In this document: one piece after another, positions 38,301 to 49,199 of the stretch
Layout: the number at the start of each line of letters is the position of its first letter
Numbering within the stretch: position 1 is the stretch's first letter
Origin: Squalus acanthias
Taxonomy: Eukaryota
Reading direction: 5' to 3'
Length of the DNA: 64,000 nt
NCBI GenBank assembly: GCA_030390025.1
Contig: JASTWF010000639.1
Location: 1-64,000 of the forward strand
Translations under genes and position numbers: made by a program
The notes under the pieces: generated by a model
Database searches by the model: none
Told to the model about the DNA's origin: nothing
The model's input: only the letters and a program-made list of their open reading frames with translations

Positions 38301-38481
38301 AATCTCAGCAATCAAAGGTGTGGATGGTGTCCAAACAGGTCAGTCAGGAAAACATTACATCAAAGACAATGAGGTGGGGTCACAAGGGGTCAAATGTGGC
38401 AGATGCTGGGGTCTGTATGGAAAACAAAAAACTTTTTGTGGAGTGTGCAGGAGCAGCCCGTACAGGAACTCGCCCAAGGTG

Positions 38482-39534
38482 TTGGAATAAATGGGTCTTT
38501 TTCCGAGTGGCAGGCAGTGACTAGTGGGGTACCGCAGGGATTGGTCCTAGGACCCCCAGCTATTCACAATATATATTAATGATCTGGACGATGGAATTGG
38601 ATGTAATATCTCCAAGTTTGCAGATGACACAAAGCTGGGTGGGCGTGTGTGCCGTGAGGAGGATGCCGAGAAACTCCAGTATGATTTGGACAGGTTGGGG
38701 GATTGGGCAGAAGCATGGCAGATGCAATATAATGTGGATAAATGCGAGGTGTCAAAAACAGGAAGGCAGATTATTATCTGAATGGCTATAGATTGGGAGA
38801 AGGGGAAGTGCAACGAGACCTGGGTGTCCTTGTGCACCAGTCGCTGAAGGTAAGCATGCAGGTACAGCAGGCGGTTAAGAAGGCAAATGGTATGTTGGCC
38901 TTCATAGCGAGAGGGTTTGAGTACAGGAACAGGGATGTCCTGCTGCAGTTGTACAGGGCCTTGGTGAGACCACACCTTGAGTATTGTGTGCAGTTTTGGT
39001 CGCCTTATCTGAGGAAGGATGTTCTTGCCATGGAAGGAGTTCAGCGAAGATTCACCAGGCTGATACCCGGGATGGCAGGAATGGCGTATGAGGAGAGATT
39101 GGGTCGATTGGGCTTATACTCGCTGGAGTTTAGAAGAATGAGAGGGGATCTCATTGAAACTTATAAAATTCTAACAGGACTAGACAGACTAGATGCAGGA
39201 AGGATGTTCCCGATGGCGGGGGAGTCCAGAACCAGGGGTCATAATCTAAGGATAAGGGGTAAGCCATTTAGGACTGAGATGAGGAGGAATTTCTTCACCC
39301 AGAGAGTGGTGAACCTGTGGAATTCTCTACCACAGAAGGCAGTTGAGGCCAATTCATTGAATATATTCAAGAAGGAGATAGATATATTTCTTAAGGCTAA
39401 AGGGATCAAGGGATATGGGGAGAAGGCAGGTACAGGGTACTGAATTTAGATGATCAGCCATGATCGCATTGAATGGCGGAGCAGGCTCGAGGGGCCGAAT
39501 GGCCTACTCCTGCTCCTATCTTCTATGTTTCTAT
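38482..39534 (+). mobile_element. 5'-truncated CR1 with 22-bp TSD
   Basis: GTACAGGAACTCGCCCAAGGTG at 38460-38481 and 39535-39556; tail ttctatgtttctatg. Confidence 0.93.
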
Positions 39535-39545
39535 GTACAGGAACT

Positions 39546-39618
39546 CGCCCAAGGTGGGGCACGAACCCACGACCCTGAGATTAAGAGTCTCATGCTCTAC
39601 CGACTGAGCTCGCCAGGC
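39546..39618 (-). tRNA. tRNA-Lys(CTT), probably a pseudogene
   Basis: 73 nt GCCTGGCGAGCTCAGTCGGTAGAGCATGAGACTCTTAATCTCAGGGTCGTGGGTTCGTGCCCCACCTTGGGCG. Matches vertebrate tRNA-Lys-CTT but has U8>G, A58>T and a C7-C66 mismatch. Confidence 0.85.
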
Positions 39619-39890
39619 CCTCTCGTCTGGCTTTCTGGGCCAGTTCAGAGGGCAGTTATGAGTCAACCACATTGCTGTGGGTCTGGAGTCACTTTGAGGC
39701 CCCAGACAGGGTCAGGACAGCAGAGTTACTTCCCTAAAGGACATGACTGAACCAAGATGGGTTTTTCCGACAATCTGATAGTTTCATGGTCACCGTTACC
39801 GAGACGAGCTTTTTTATTCCAGATTTATTGAATTAACTGAATTTAAATTACCAGGCTGCCATGGTGGGTTTTGAACTCACATCTCTGGAT

Positions 39891-40735
39891 CATAGAAACA
39901 TAGAAGATAGGAGCAGGAGTAGGCCATTCGGCCCCTCGATCCTGCTCCGCCATTCGATGAGATCATGGCTGATCATCCAAACTCAGTACCCTGTCCCTGC
40001 CTTCCCCCCATATCCCTTGATCCCTTTAGCCTTAAGAAATATATCTAACTCCTTCCTGAATATATTTAATGAATCGGCCTCAACTGCCTTCTGTGGTAGA
40101 GAATTCCACAGGTTCACCACTCTCTGGGTAAAGAAATTCCTCCTCATCTCAGTCCTAAATGGCTTACCCCTTATCCTTAGACTGTGACCCCTGGTTCTGG
40201 ACTCCCCGGCCATCGGGTACATCCTTCCAGCATCCAGTCTGTCTAGTCCTGTTAGAATTTTATAAGTTTCAATGAGATCCCCTCTCATTCTTCTAAACTC
40301 TAGCGAATACAAGCCCAATCGACCCAATCTCTCTTCATACGTCATTCCTGCCATCCCAGGTATCAGTCTGGTGAATCTTCGCTGCACTCCCTCCATGGCA
40401 AGAACATCCTTCCTCAGATAAGGCGACCAAAACTGCACACAATACTCAAGATGTGGTCTCACCAAGGCCTTGTACAGCTGCAGCAAGACAGCCTTGCTCC
40501 TGTACTCGAATCCTCTCGCTATGAAGGCCAACATACCATTTGCCTTCTTAACCGCCTGCTGCACCTGCATGCTTACCTTCAGCGACTGGTACACAAGGAC
40601 ACCCAGGTCTCCTTGCACTTCCCCTTTTCCCAATCTATTGCCATTCAGATAATAATCTGTCTTCCTGTTTTTGCCACCAAAATGGATAACCTCACATTTA
40701 TCCACATTATACTGCATCTGCCCAATCACCCAATC
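39891..40735 (-). mobile_element. CR1 3' fragment, same subfamily as 38482-39534, inverted
   Basis: Translations of ORFs 38742-39443 and 39983-40765 are almost identical. Confidence 0.92.
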
Positions 40736-40747
40736 ATTAGACCAGGC

Positions 40748-41880
40748 ATAAGAACATAAGAACATAAGAAGTAGGAGCAGGAGTGGGCCATACGGCCCCT
40801 CGGGCCTGCTCCACCATTCAATAGGATCATGGCTGATCCGAACCTAGACTCACCTCCACTGCCCTGCCCGCTCCCCATAACCCTTAATTCCCTTATCAGC
40901 TAGGAAACTGTCCATCTCCGTTTTAAATTTATTTAATGTCGCAGCTTCCACAGCTCTCTGAGGTAGCAAATTCCATAGATTTACTACCCTCTGAGTGAAG
41001 AAGTTTCTCCTCGTCTCAGTTTTGAAACGGCAGCCCCTTATTCTAAGATGATGCCCCCTAGTTCTAGTCTCACCCATCAGTGGAAACATCCTCCCCGCCT
41101 CCACCCGATCAAGCCCCCTCACAATCTTATATGTTTCGATAAGATCATAGAAACATAGAATCTAGGAGCAGGAGTAGGCCATTCGGCCCATCGAGCCTGC
41201 TCCGCCATTCAATACGATCATGGCTGATCATCCAAATCCAGTACCCTGTCCCTGCTTTAATCCCCACAGTACACATATCCCACCCTACCCCCGTAACCCC
41301 ACGTATTTAATTCCCCCTAACATATCCCATCCTATCCCCATAACCCCACATATTTAATCCCCCCCTAACACTAAGGGTCAATTTATCATAGCCAAATCAA
41401 CCTAACCCGCACATTTTTGGACTGTGGGAGGAAACCGAAGCACCCGGAGGAAACCCACGCAGACACGGGGAGAATGTGCAAACTCCACACAGACAGTCAC
41501 CCGAGGTCAGATTCGAACCCGGGTCTCTGGCGCTGTGAGGCACCAGTGCTAACCACTATGCCACCGTGTTGCCCATGTAGATCGCCTCTCATTCTTCTGA
41601 ATTCCAATGAGTAGAGGCCCAATCTACTCAACCTTTCCTCATAAGTCAACCCCCTCATCTCCGGAATCAACCGAGTGAACCTTCTCTGAACTGCCTCGAG
41701 AGCAAGTATATATTTTCTTAAATATGGAAATCAAAATTGTACGCAGTATTCCAGGTGTGGCCTCATCAGTACCTTGTACAACTGAAGCAAGACTTCCCTG
41801 CTTTTATACTCCATCCCCCTTGCAATAAAAGCCAAGATTCCATTGGCCTTCCTGATCACCTGCTGTACCTGCATACTAAC
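40748..41880 (-). mobile_element. CR1 3' fragment interrupted by an HE1-type SINE
   Basis: CR1 motifs on both sides of 41147-41574. Confidence 0.8.
41147..41574 (-). mobile_element. HE1-like V-SINE (tRNA head, V-domain, CR1 tail)
   Basis: Minus strand: gggcaacacggtggcatagtggttagcact head, ggagtttgcacattctccccgtgtctgcgtgggtttcctccgg core, CR1-type tail. Confidence 0.75.
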
Positions 41881-42000
41881 CTCTGGGTTACTAGTCCAGT
41901 ACCATAACAGCCTGGTCAGTAACAACACTGTGCCTTTATACAGTGCCTTTAACATAGTAAAACGTCCCAAGGCGCTTCAGAGCAACGTAAATCAGACTTC

Positions 42001-42740
42001 AGTGTGCCAGTGCAGCCTTCGGTCGCCTGAGGAAGAGAGTGTTTGAAGACCAGGACCTCAAACCCGGCACTAAGCTCATGGTCTACAGAGCAGCAGTGAT
42101 ACCCGCCCTGCTATATGCCTCAGAGACATGGACCATGTACAGCAGGCACCTCAAAGCCCTGGAGAGGTACCACCAACGCTGCCTCCGCAAGATCCTGCAA
42201 ATCCATTGGCAGGATAGGCGCACCAACGTCAGTGTTCTCGCTCAGGCCAACATCCCCAGCATCGAAGCTTTGACCACGCTCGATCAGCTCCGATGGACGG
42301 GTCACATCGTCCGCACGCCCGAAACGAGACTCTCGAAACGAGCGCTCTACTCGGAGTTCCGGCGCGGCAAGAGAGCCCCAGGTGGGCAGAGGAAACGCTT
42401 CGAGGACACCCTCAAAGCCTCCTTGAAAAAGTGTTAACATCCCCCATCGGACACCTGGGAATCCCTGGCCCAAGACCGCACAAAGTGGAGGAGAAGCATC
42501 CGGGAAGGGGCCGAACACCTCGAGTCTCTTCGCCGGGAGCAAGCGGAAGCCAAGCGCAAACAGCGCAAGGAGCGCACGTCAACCCAAGCACCCCCACCCA
42601 CCCGCCCCTTCAACCACCGTCTGCCCCACCTGTGACAGAGACTGTCGGTCCCGCATTGGACTCATCAGTCACCTGAGAACTCATTTCTAGTGTGGAAGCA
42701 AGTCATCCTCGATTCCGAGGGACTGCCTAAGAAAGAAGAA
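42001..42740 (+). mobile_element. RTE-clade LINE 3' fragment
   Basis: VIPALLYASETW, LRWTGHIVR, GGQRKRF, terminal C2H2 finger CPTCDRDCRSRIGLISHLRTH, (gaa)n tail. Confidence 0.85.
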
Positions 42741-42840
42741 ATAAATCGTCACCCAGACACACAAGGAGATTGTAGGACAGGTGAACAAAAGCTTGGTCAA
42801 AGAGGCAGGTTTTAAGGAGCATCTTAAAGGAGGAGAGAGT

Positions 42841-43450
42841 CATAGAGTTATACAGCACAGAAAGAGGCCCTTCGGCCCATCGTGTCCGCGCCGGCCATCA
42901 AGCCCTGTCTATTCTAATCCCATTTTCCAGCACTTGGTCCGTAGCCTTGTATGCTATGGCGTTTCAAGTGCTCATCTAAATGCTTCTTGAATGTTGTGAG
43001 GGTTCCTGCCTCTACCACCCTTTCAGGCAGTGAGTTCCAGATTCCAACCACCCTCTGGGTGAAAAAGTTTTTCCTCAAATCCCCTCTAAACCTCCTGCCC
43101 CTTAACTTGAAACTATGCCCCCTGGATATTGATCCCTCTACTAAGGGGAAAAGTTATTTTCTATCTACCCTATCTATGCCCCTCATAATTTTGTACACCT
43201 CAATCAGGTCCTCCCCACCTCAGCCTTCTCTGCTCTAAGGAAAACAACCCCAGCCTGTCCAGTCTCTCTTCATAGCTGAAGCGCTCCAGCCCAGGTAACA
43301 TCCTGGTGAATCTCCTCTGCACCCTCTCCAATGCAATTACATCCTTCCGATAGTGTGGCGACCAGAACTGCACACAGTATTCCAGCTGTGGCCTAACTAG
43401 CGTTTTGTACAGCTCCATCATAACCTCCCTGCTCTTATATTCTATGCCTC
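42841..43450 (-). mobile_element. CR1 3' fragment nested in L2
   Basis: Flanked by ggagagag (42832-42839 and 43451-43458). Confidence 0.85.
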
Positions 43451-46400
43451 GGAGAGAGAGGTTTAGGGAGGGAATTCCAGAGCTCGGGCACCAGGCGGCT
43501 GAAGGCACAGCCGCCAATGGTGGAGCGATGGAAATCGGGGGATGCGCAAGAGGCCGGAATTGGAGGAGCGCAGAGATCTGGGAGAGTTGTAGGGGCTGGA
43601 GGAGGTTACAGAGATAGGGAGGGTTGTAGAGGCTGGAGGAGGTTACAGAGATAGAGAGGGCTGTAGGGGCTGGAGGAGGTTACAGAGATAGGGAGGGTTG
43701 TAGGGGCTGGAGGTGGTTCCAGAGATAGGGAGGGTTGTAGGGGCTGGAGGAGGTTACAGAGATAGGGAGGGTTGTAGAGGCTGGAGGAGGTTACAGAGAT
43801 AGGGAGGGTTGTAGGGGCTGGAGGTGGTTACAGAGATAGGGAGGGTTGTAGGGGCTGGAGGAGGTTACAGAGATCTGGGAGGGTTGTAGGGGCTGGAGGA
43901 GGTTACAGAGATAGGGAGGGTTGTAGGGGCTGGAGGAGGTTACAGAGTAGGGAGGGGGGGCTGGAGGAGGTTACAGAGATAGGGAGGGTTGTAGAGGCTG
44001 GAGGAGGTTACAGAGATAGGGAGGGCTGCAGGGGCTGGAGGAGGTTACAGAGATAGGGAGGGTTGTAGGGGCTGGAGGAGGTTACAGAGATAGGGAGGGT
44101 TGTAGGGGCTGGAGGTGGTTACAGAGATAGGGAGGGTTGTAGAGGCTGGAGGAGGTTACAGAGATAGGGAGGGTTGTAGGGGCTGGAGGTGGTTATAGAA
44201 ATAGGGAGGGTTGCAGGGGGCTGGAGGAGGTTACAGAGATAGGGCGGGTTGTCGGGGCCTGGAGGAGGTTACAGAGATAGGGAGGTTTGTAGGGGCTGGA
44301 GGAGGTCACAGAGATAGGGAGGATTGTATGGGCTGGAGGAGGTTACAGAGATGGGGAGGGTTGTAGGGGCTGGAGGAGGTTACAGAGATAGGGAGGATTG
44401 TAGGGGCTGGAGGAGGTTACAGAGATAGGGAGGATTGTAGGGGCTGGAGGAGGTTACAGAGATAGGGAGAGTTGTAGGGGCTGGAGGAGGTTACAGAGAT
44501 AGGGAGGGTTGTAGGGGCTGGAGGAGGTTACAGAGATAGGGGGGGTTGTAGGGGCTGGAGGTGGTTCCAGAGATAGGGAGGGTTGTAGGGGCTGGAGGAG
44601 GTTACAGAGATAGGGAGGGTTGTAGAGGCTGGAGGAGGTTACAGAGATAGGGAGGGTTGTAGGGGCTGGAGGTGATTACAGAAATAGGGAGGGTTGTAGG
44701 GGCTGGAGGAGGTTACAGAGATAGGGAGGGTTGTAGGGGCTGGAGGTGGTTACAGAGATAGGGAGGGTTGTAGGGGCTGGAGGAGGTTACAGAGATCTGG
44801 GAGGGTTGTAGGGGCTGGAGGAGGTTACAGAGATAGGGAGGGTTGTAGGGGCTGGAGGAGGTTACAAAGATAGGGAGGGGGGCTGGAGGAGGTTACAGAG
44901 ATAGGGAGGGTTGTAGAGGCTGGAGGAGGTTACAGAGATAGGGAGGGCTGCAGGGGCTGAAGGAGGTTACAGAGATAGGGAGGGTTGCAGGGGCTGGAGG
45001 TGGTTCCAGAGATAGGGAGGGTTGTAGGGGCTGGAGGAGGTTACAGAGATAGGGAGGGTTGTAGGGGCTGGAGGTGGTTACAGAGATAGGGAGGGTTGTA
45101 GAGGCTGGAGGAGGTTACAGAGATAGGGAAGGTTGTAGGGGCTGGAGGTGGTTACAGAAATAGGGAGGGTTGCAGGGGGCTGGAGGAGGTTACAGAGATA
45201 GGGCGGGTTGTCGGGGGCTGGAGGAGGTTACAGAGATAGGGAGGTTTGTAGGGGCTGGAGGAGGTTACAGAGATAGGGAGGATTGTATGGGCTGGAGGAG
45301 GTTACAGAGATAGGGAGGGTTGTAGAGGCTGGAGGAGGTTACAGAGATAGGGAGGGTTGTAGGGGCTGGAGGTGGTTACAGAGATAGGGAGGGTTGTAGG
45401 GGCTGGAGGAGGTTACAGAGTTAGGGAGGGTTGTAGAGGCTGGAGGAGGTTACAGAGATAGGGAGGGTTGTAGGGGCTGGAGGTGGTTACAGAGATAGGG
45501 AGGGTTGTAGGGGCTGGAGGAGGTTACAGAGATCTGGGAGGGTTGTAGGGGCTGGAGGAGGTTACAGAGATAGGGAGGGTTGTAGGGGCTGGAGGAGGTT
45601 ACAGAGATAGGGATCGGGGGCTGGAGGAGGTTACAGAGATAGGGAGGGTTGTAGAGGCTGGAGGAGGTTACAGAGATAGGGAGGGCTGCAGGGGCTGGAG
45701 GAGGTTACAGAGATAGGGAGGGTTGTAGGGGCTGGAGGTGGTTCCAGAGATAGGGAGGCTTGTAGGGGCTGGGGGAGGTTACAGAGATAGGGAGGGTTGT
45801 AGGGGCTGGAGGTGGTTACAGAGATAGGGAGGGTTGTAGAGGCTGGAGGAGGTTACAGAGATAGGGAGGGTTGTAGGGGCTGGAGGTGGTTACAGAAATA
45901 GGGAGGGTTGCAGGGGGCTGGAGGAGGTTACAGAGAAAGGGCGGGTTGTCGGGGGCTGGAGGAGGTTACAGAGATAGGGAGGTTTGTAGGGGCTGGAGGA
46001 GGTTACAGAGATAGGGAGGAGTGTATGGGCTGGAGGAGGTTACAGAGATAGGGAGGGTTGTAGGGGCTGGAGGAGGTTACAGAGATAGGGAGGATTGTAG
46101 GGGCTGGAGGAGGTTACAGAGATAGGGAGGGTTGTAGGGACTGGAGGAGGTTACAGAGATAGGGAGGATTGTAGGGGCTGGAGGAGGTTACAGAGATAGG
46201 GAGAGTTGTATGGGCTGGAGGAGGTTACAGAGATAGGGAGGGTTGTAGGGGCTGGAGGAGGTTACAGAGATAGGGAGGATTGTAGGGGCTGGAGGAGATT
46301 ACAGAGATAGGGAGGGTTGTAGGGACTGGAGGAGGTTACAGAGATAGGGAGGATTGTAGGGGCTGGAGGAGGTTACAGAGATAGGGAGGGTTGTAGGGGC

Positions 46401-46945
46401 TGGAGGAGGTTACAGAGATAGGGAGGGTTGTAGGGGCTGGAGGAGGTTACAGAGATAGGGAGGATTGTAGGGGCTGGAGGAGATTACAGAGATAGGGAGG
46501 GTTGTAGGGACTGGAGGAGGTTACAGAGATAGGGAGGATTGTAGGGGCTGGAGGAGGTTACAGAGATAGGGAGAGTTGTATGGGCTGGAGGAGGTTACAG
46601 AGATAGGGAGGGTTGTAGGGGCTGGAGGAGGTTACAGAGATAGGGAGGATTGTAGGGGCTGGAGGAGATTACAGAGATAGGGAGGGTTGTAGGGACTGGA
46701 GGAGGTTACAGAGATAGGGAGGATTGTAGGGGCTGGAGGAGGTTACAGAGATAGGGAGAGTTGTCGGGGCTGGAGGAGGTTACAGAGATAGGGAGGGTTG
46801 TAGGGGCTGGAGGAGTTTACAGAGATAGGGAGGGTTGTAGGAGCTGGAGGAGATAACAGAGATAGGGAGGGGGAGCGAACAGGCCCTGGAGGGATTAATA
46901 CTTTTCCCCAATCTCTACCTTTCATTTTACTTTTTAAAAATTTAA

Positions 46946-47842
46946 GGGGGAGAAATTCGGTATCGCCCCATTTGGGGCGCAATTATCGGCTGGGCGCAAA
47001 GATTAGCGCCTGGCGCTAAATATCGCCTCCGACTGAAAACTTGACTTCTATCGCCCCTGGAGGTGAATGGAGCGCTAAATCAGGCGCTTCACACCTGTCT
47101 TAAGGCGCTAACGTCGAGGAGCGAGGCGCTACCGAGGAGCGCTGGCGAAGCTCATGTGATGTCAGTCAGCAATGGAACACAGACACAATGGCGCGGGCCA
47201 GTTCTTAAAGGGGATGGTTGATCTTGCTTTCCATCCACAACCTGCTCGTTGCAGCCTTGAATCTCGGCCTGGAGAGACCTGTACATCAAATCTGCTGGAA
47301 ATAACAATGGAGAGGCCCTGGGATAGAGCTCAGAGTACAGCCCCCACAGTCTCTTCTAAATCGATACAAGGAAGTTCAAATCAAAATTAACCTGCAAAGT
47401 GCTGCTCAGTACCCAAAACTCCTTCACACAGCGTTGAATCTCTCCAGAAGTCTCTCTCTCTCTTTCTCTCTCAGAATGCGTGGTGCAAAAATGTCACCAA
47501 CAATGAAAGGCAGGAAGTGGTCGCCTTTAAATAGCGCTCCCCCAGTCCCTTCCTGACTGCAAAACGCTCCCCTCAACCTGTCGTTGCTAGCGGCAGGCGG
47601 TAGGGCAGGGGTCGTCACTCAATATCCACTCCGGGGCGCTACCGGGGCGTTGCGCACTCGACTGACGTCACGATCTGCCGGCGCAGGAGATCGTGGCGGT
47701 AGTGTTTAGCGCCACCGCAAAATGTCTAGTTAATTTTGCGAGCGGCGCAAACATCGCCGCGCCCGGGCGCTAGTTGCTTTGCGCCCCATTAGCGCCCTCT
47801 TAAGGCGCTAACGGGAGGCACAACCAACTGAATTTTACCCCC
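46946..47842. mobile_element. PIF/Harbinger-like MITE
   Basis: Termini GGGGGAGAAATTCGG ... CTGAATTTTACCCCC flanked by a TAA duplication; no transposase ORF. Confidence 0.75.
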
Positions 47843-48152
47843 TAAATCTTTTCCTTACCTTGTCTCTTGGTGTTTGCTGTTTGCTGTATTGATTTAGATA
47901 TCAATAAATTGGTCAGGTGGGCAGAACAGTGGCAAATGGAATTCAATCCGGAGAAGTGTGAGGTAATGCATTTGGGGAGGGCGAACAAGGAAAGGGAATA
48001 CACATTAAATGGTAGGACACTGAGTAGTGCAGAGGAACAAAGGGACCTTGGAGTGCATGTCCACAGATCCCTGAAGGTAGCACGCCAGGTAGATAAGGTG
48101 GTTAAGAAGTCATACGGAATGCTTGCCTTTATTAGCCCTGGCATATTATACA

Positions 48153-48597
48153 TATGTCACGATACATGACGTGATCCGGACTCGAGTCGTCGTTAGCTTG
48201 TTCACAGATGTGATTCCCAGTAAAAAAGTAAAAATTTTCCCAGTAAAAAAGTAAAAAAATGTTAAAGCTTTTCGTTTTACATACAGACGGCAGCTTTTGA
48301 CACGTTAGAACCCCTGCGACTACACCTCATTGTCTCAGTTGTATCTTGCTATGTCTTTGATGTAGTACCTTCCTGGCTGACTTAATTAACTTTATCACAC
48401 CTCGGCAGATAGTCAGGATGATTTAATTTATTGGTCTGCAATTGTAAAGTACACATGCTTTGTTTTCCATCTATATATGCTTTGGAGATTCTGTATCTAA
48501 TTTACTTCACCTGAGGAAGGAGCAAATCGATAGCTCCGAAAGCTTGTGATTTCAAATAAAACTGTTGGACTATAACCTGGTGTTGTGCGACCTCTCA
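48153..48597 (+). mobile_element. Short non-coding Penelope-like insertion nested in a CR1
   Basis: 10-bp direct repeat ATATTATACA at 48143-48152 and 48598-48607; interrupts CR1 ORF2 (MLAFIS | YKSRG); carries the hammerhead motif near its 3' end. Confidence 0.7.
48507..48549 (+). ncRNA. Minimal type I hammerhead ribozyme motif (Penelope-type)
   Basis: Stem I TCAC/GTGA, core CTGAGGA, stem II GGAGC/GCTCC, GAAA, palindromic AAGCTT in place of stem III, predicted CUU cleavage triplet. Confidence 0.7.
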
Positions 48598-49199
48598 ATA
48601 TTATACAAGAGCAGGGGGTTTATGCTTCAACTGTATAAAACACTCGTTAGGCCTCAGCTAGAGTACTGTGTGCAGTTCTGGTCACCACATTACAGGAAAG
48701 ATGTGATTGCACCAGAGAGGGTACAGAGGAGATTTACAAGGATGTTGCCGGGAGTAGAGAATCTTAGCTATGAGGAAAGACTGGATAGGCTGGGCCTGTT
48801 TTCCTTGGAACAGAGGAGGCTGAGGGGAGAACTTATTGAGGTGTATAAAATTATGAGGGGCCTAGATAAAGTGGATAGAAAGGACCTATTTCCCTTAGCA
48901 GAGGGGTCAAAAACCAGGGGGCACAGATTTAAAGTAATTGGTGGAAGGTTTAGAGGGGATTTGAGGGGAAATTTCTTCACCCAGAGGGTTGTGGGGGTCT
49001 GGAACTCACTGCCTGAAAGGGTGGTAGAGGCAGGAACCCGAACCACATTTAAAAAGTACTTGATGTGCACTTGGGATGCTGTAACCTGCAGGGCTACGGA
49101 CCAAGAGCTGGGAAGTGGGATTAGGCTGGATAGCTCTTTGTTGACCGGCGCGGACACGATGGGCCGAAATGGCCTCCTTCCGTGCTGTAACTTTCTACG

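Larger units (their letters stand above)
41920..46900 (-). mobile_element. L2 fragment interrupted by RTE and CR1, with about 3.3-kb 37-bp array (about 43580-46870)
   Basis: L2 sequence resumes after each insertion. Confidence 0.75.

Noticed and set aside
39546-39618. Functional tRNA-Lys, or a nascent tRNA-CR1 SINE
   Set aside because: Invariant U8 and A58 are changed and the acceptor stem is broken; the adjacent CR1 is antisense to the tRNA, the wrong orientation for a SINE tail.
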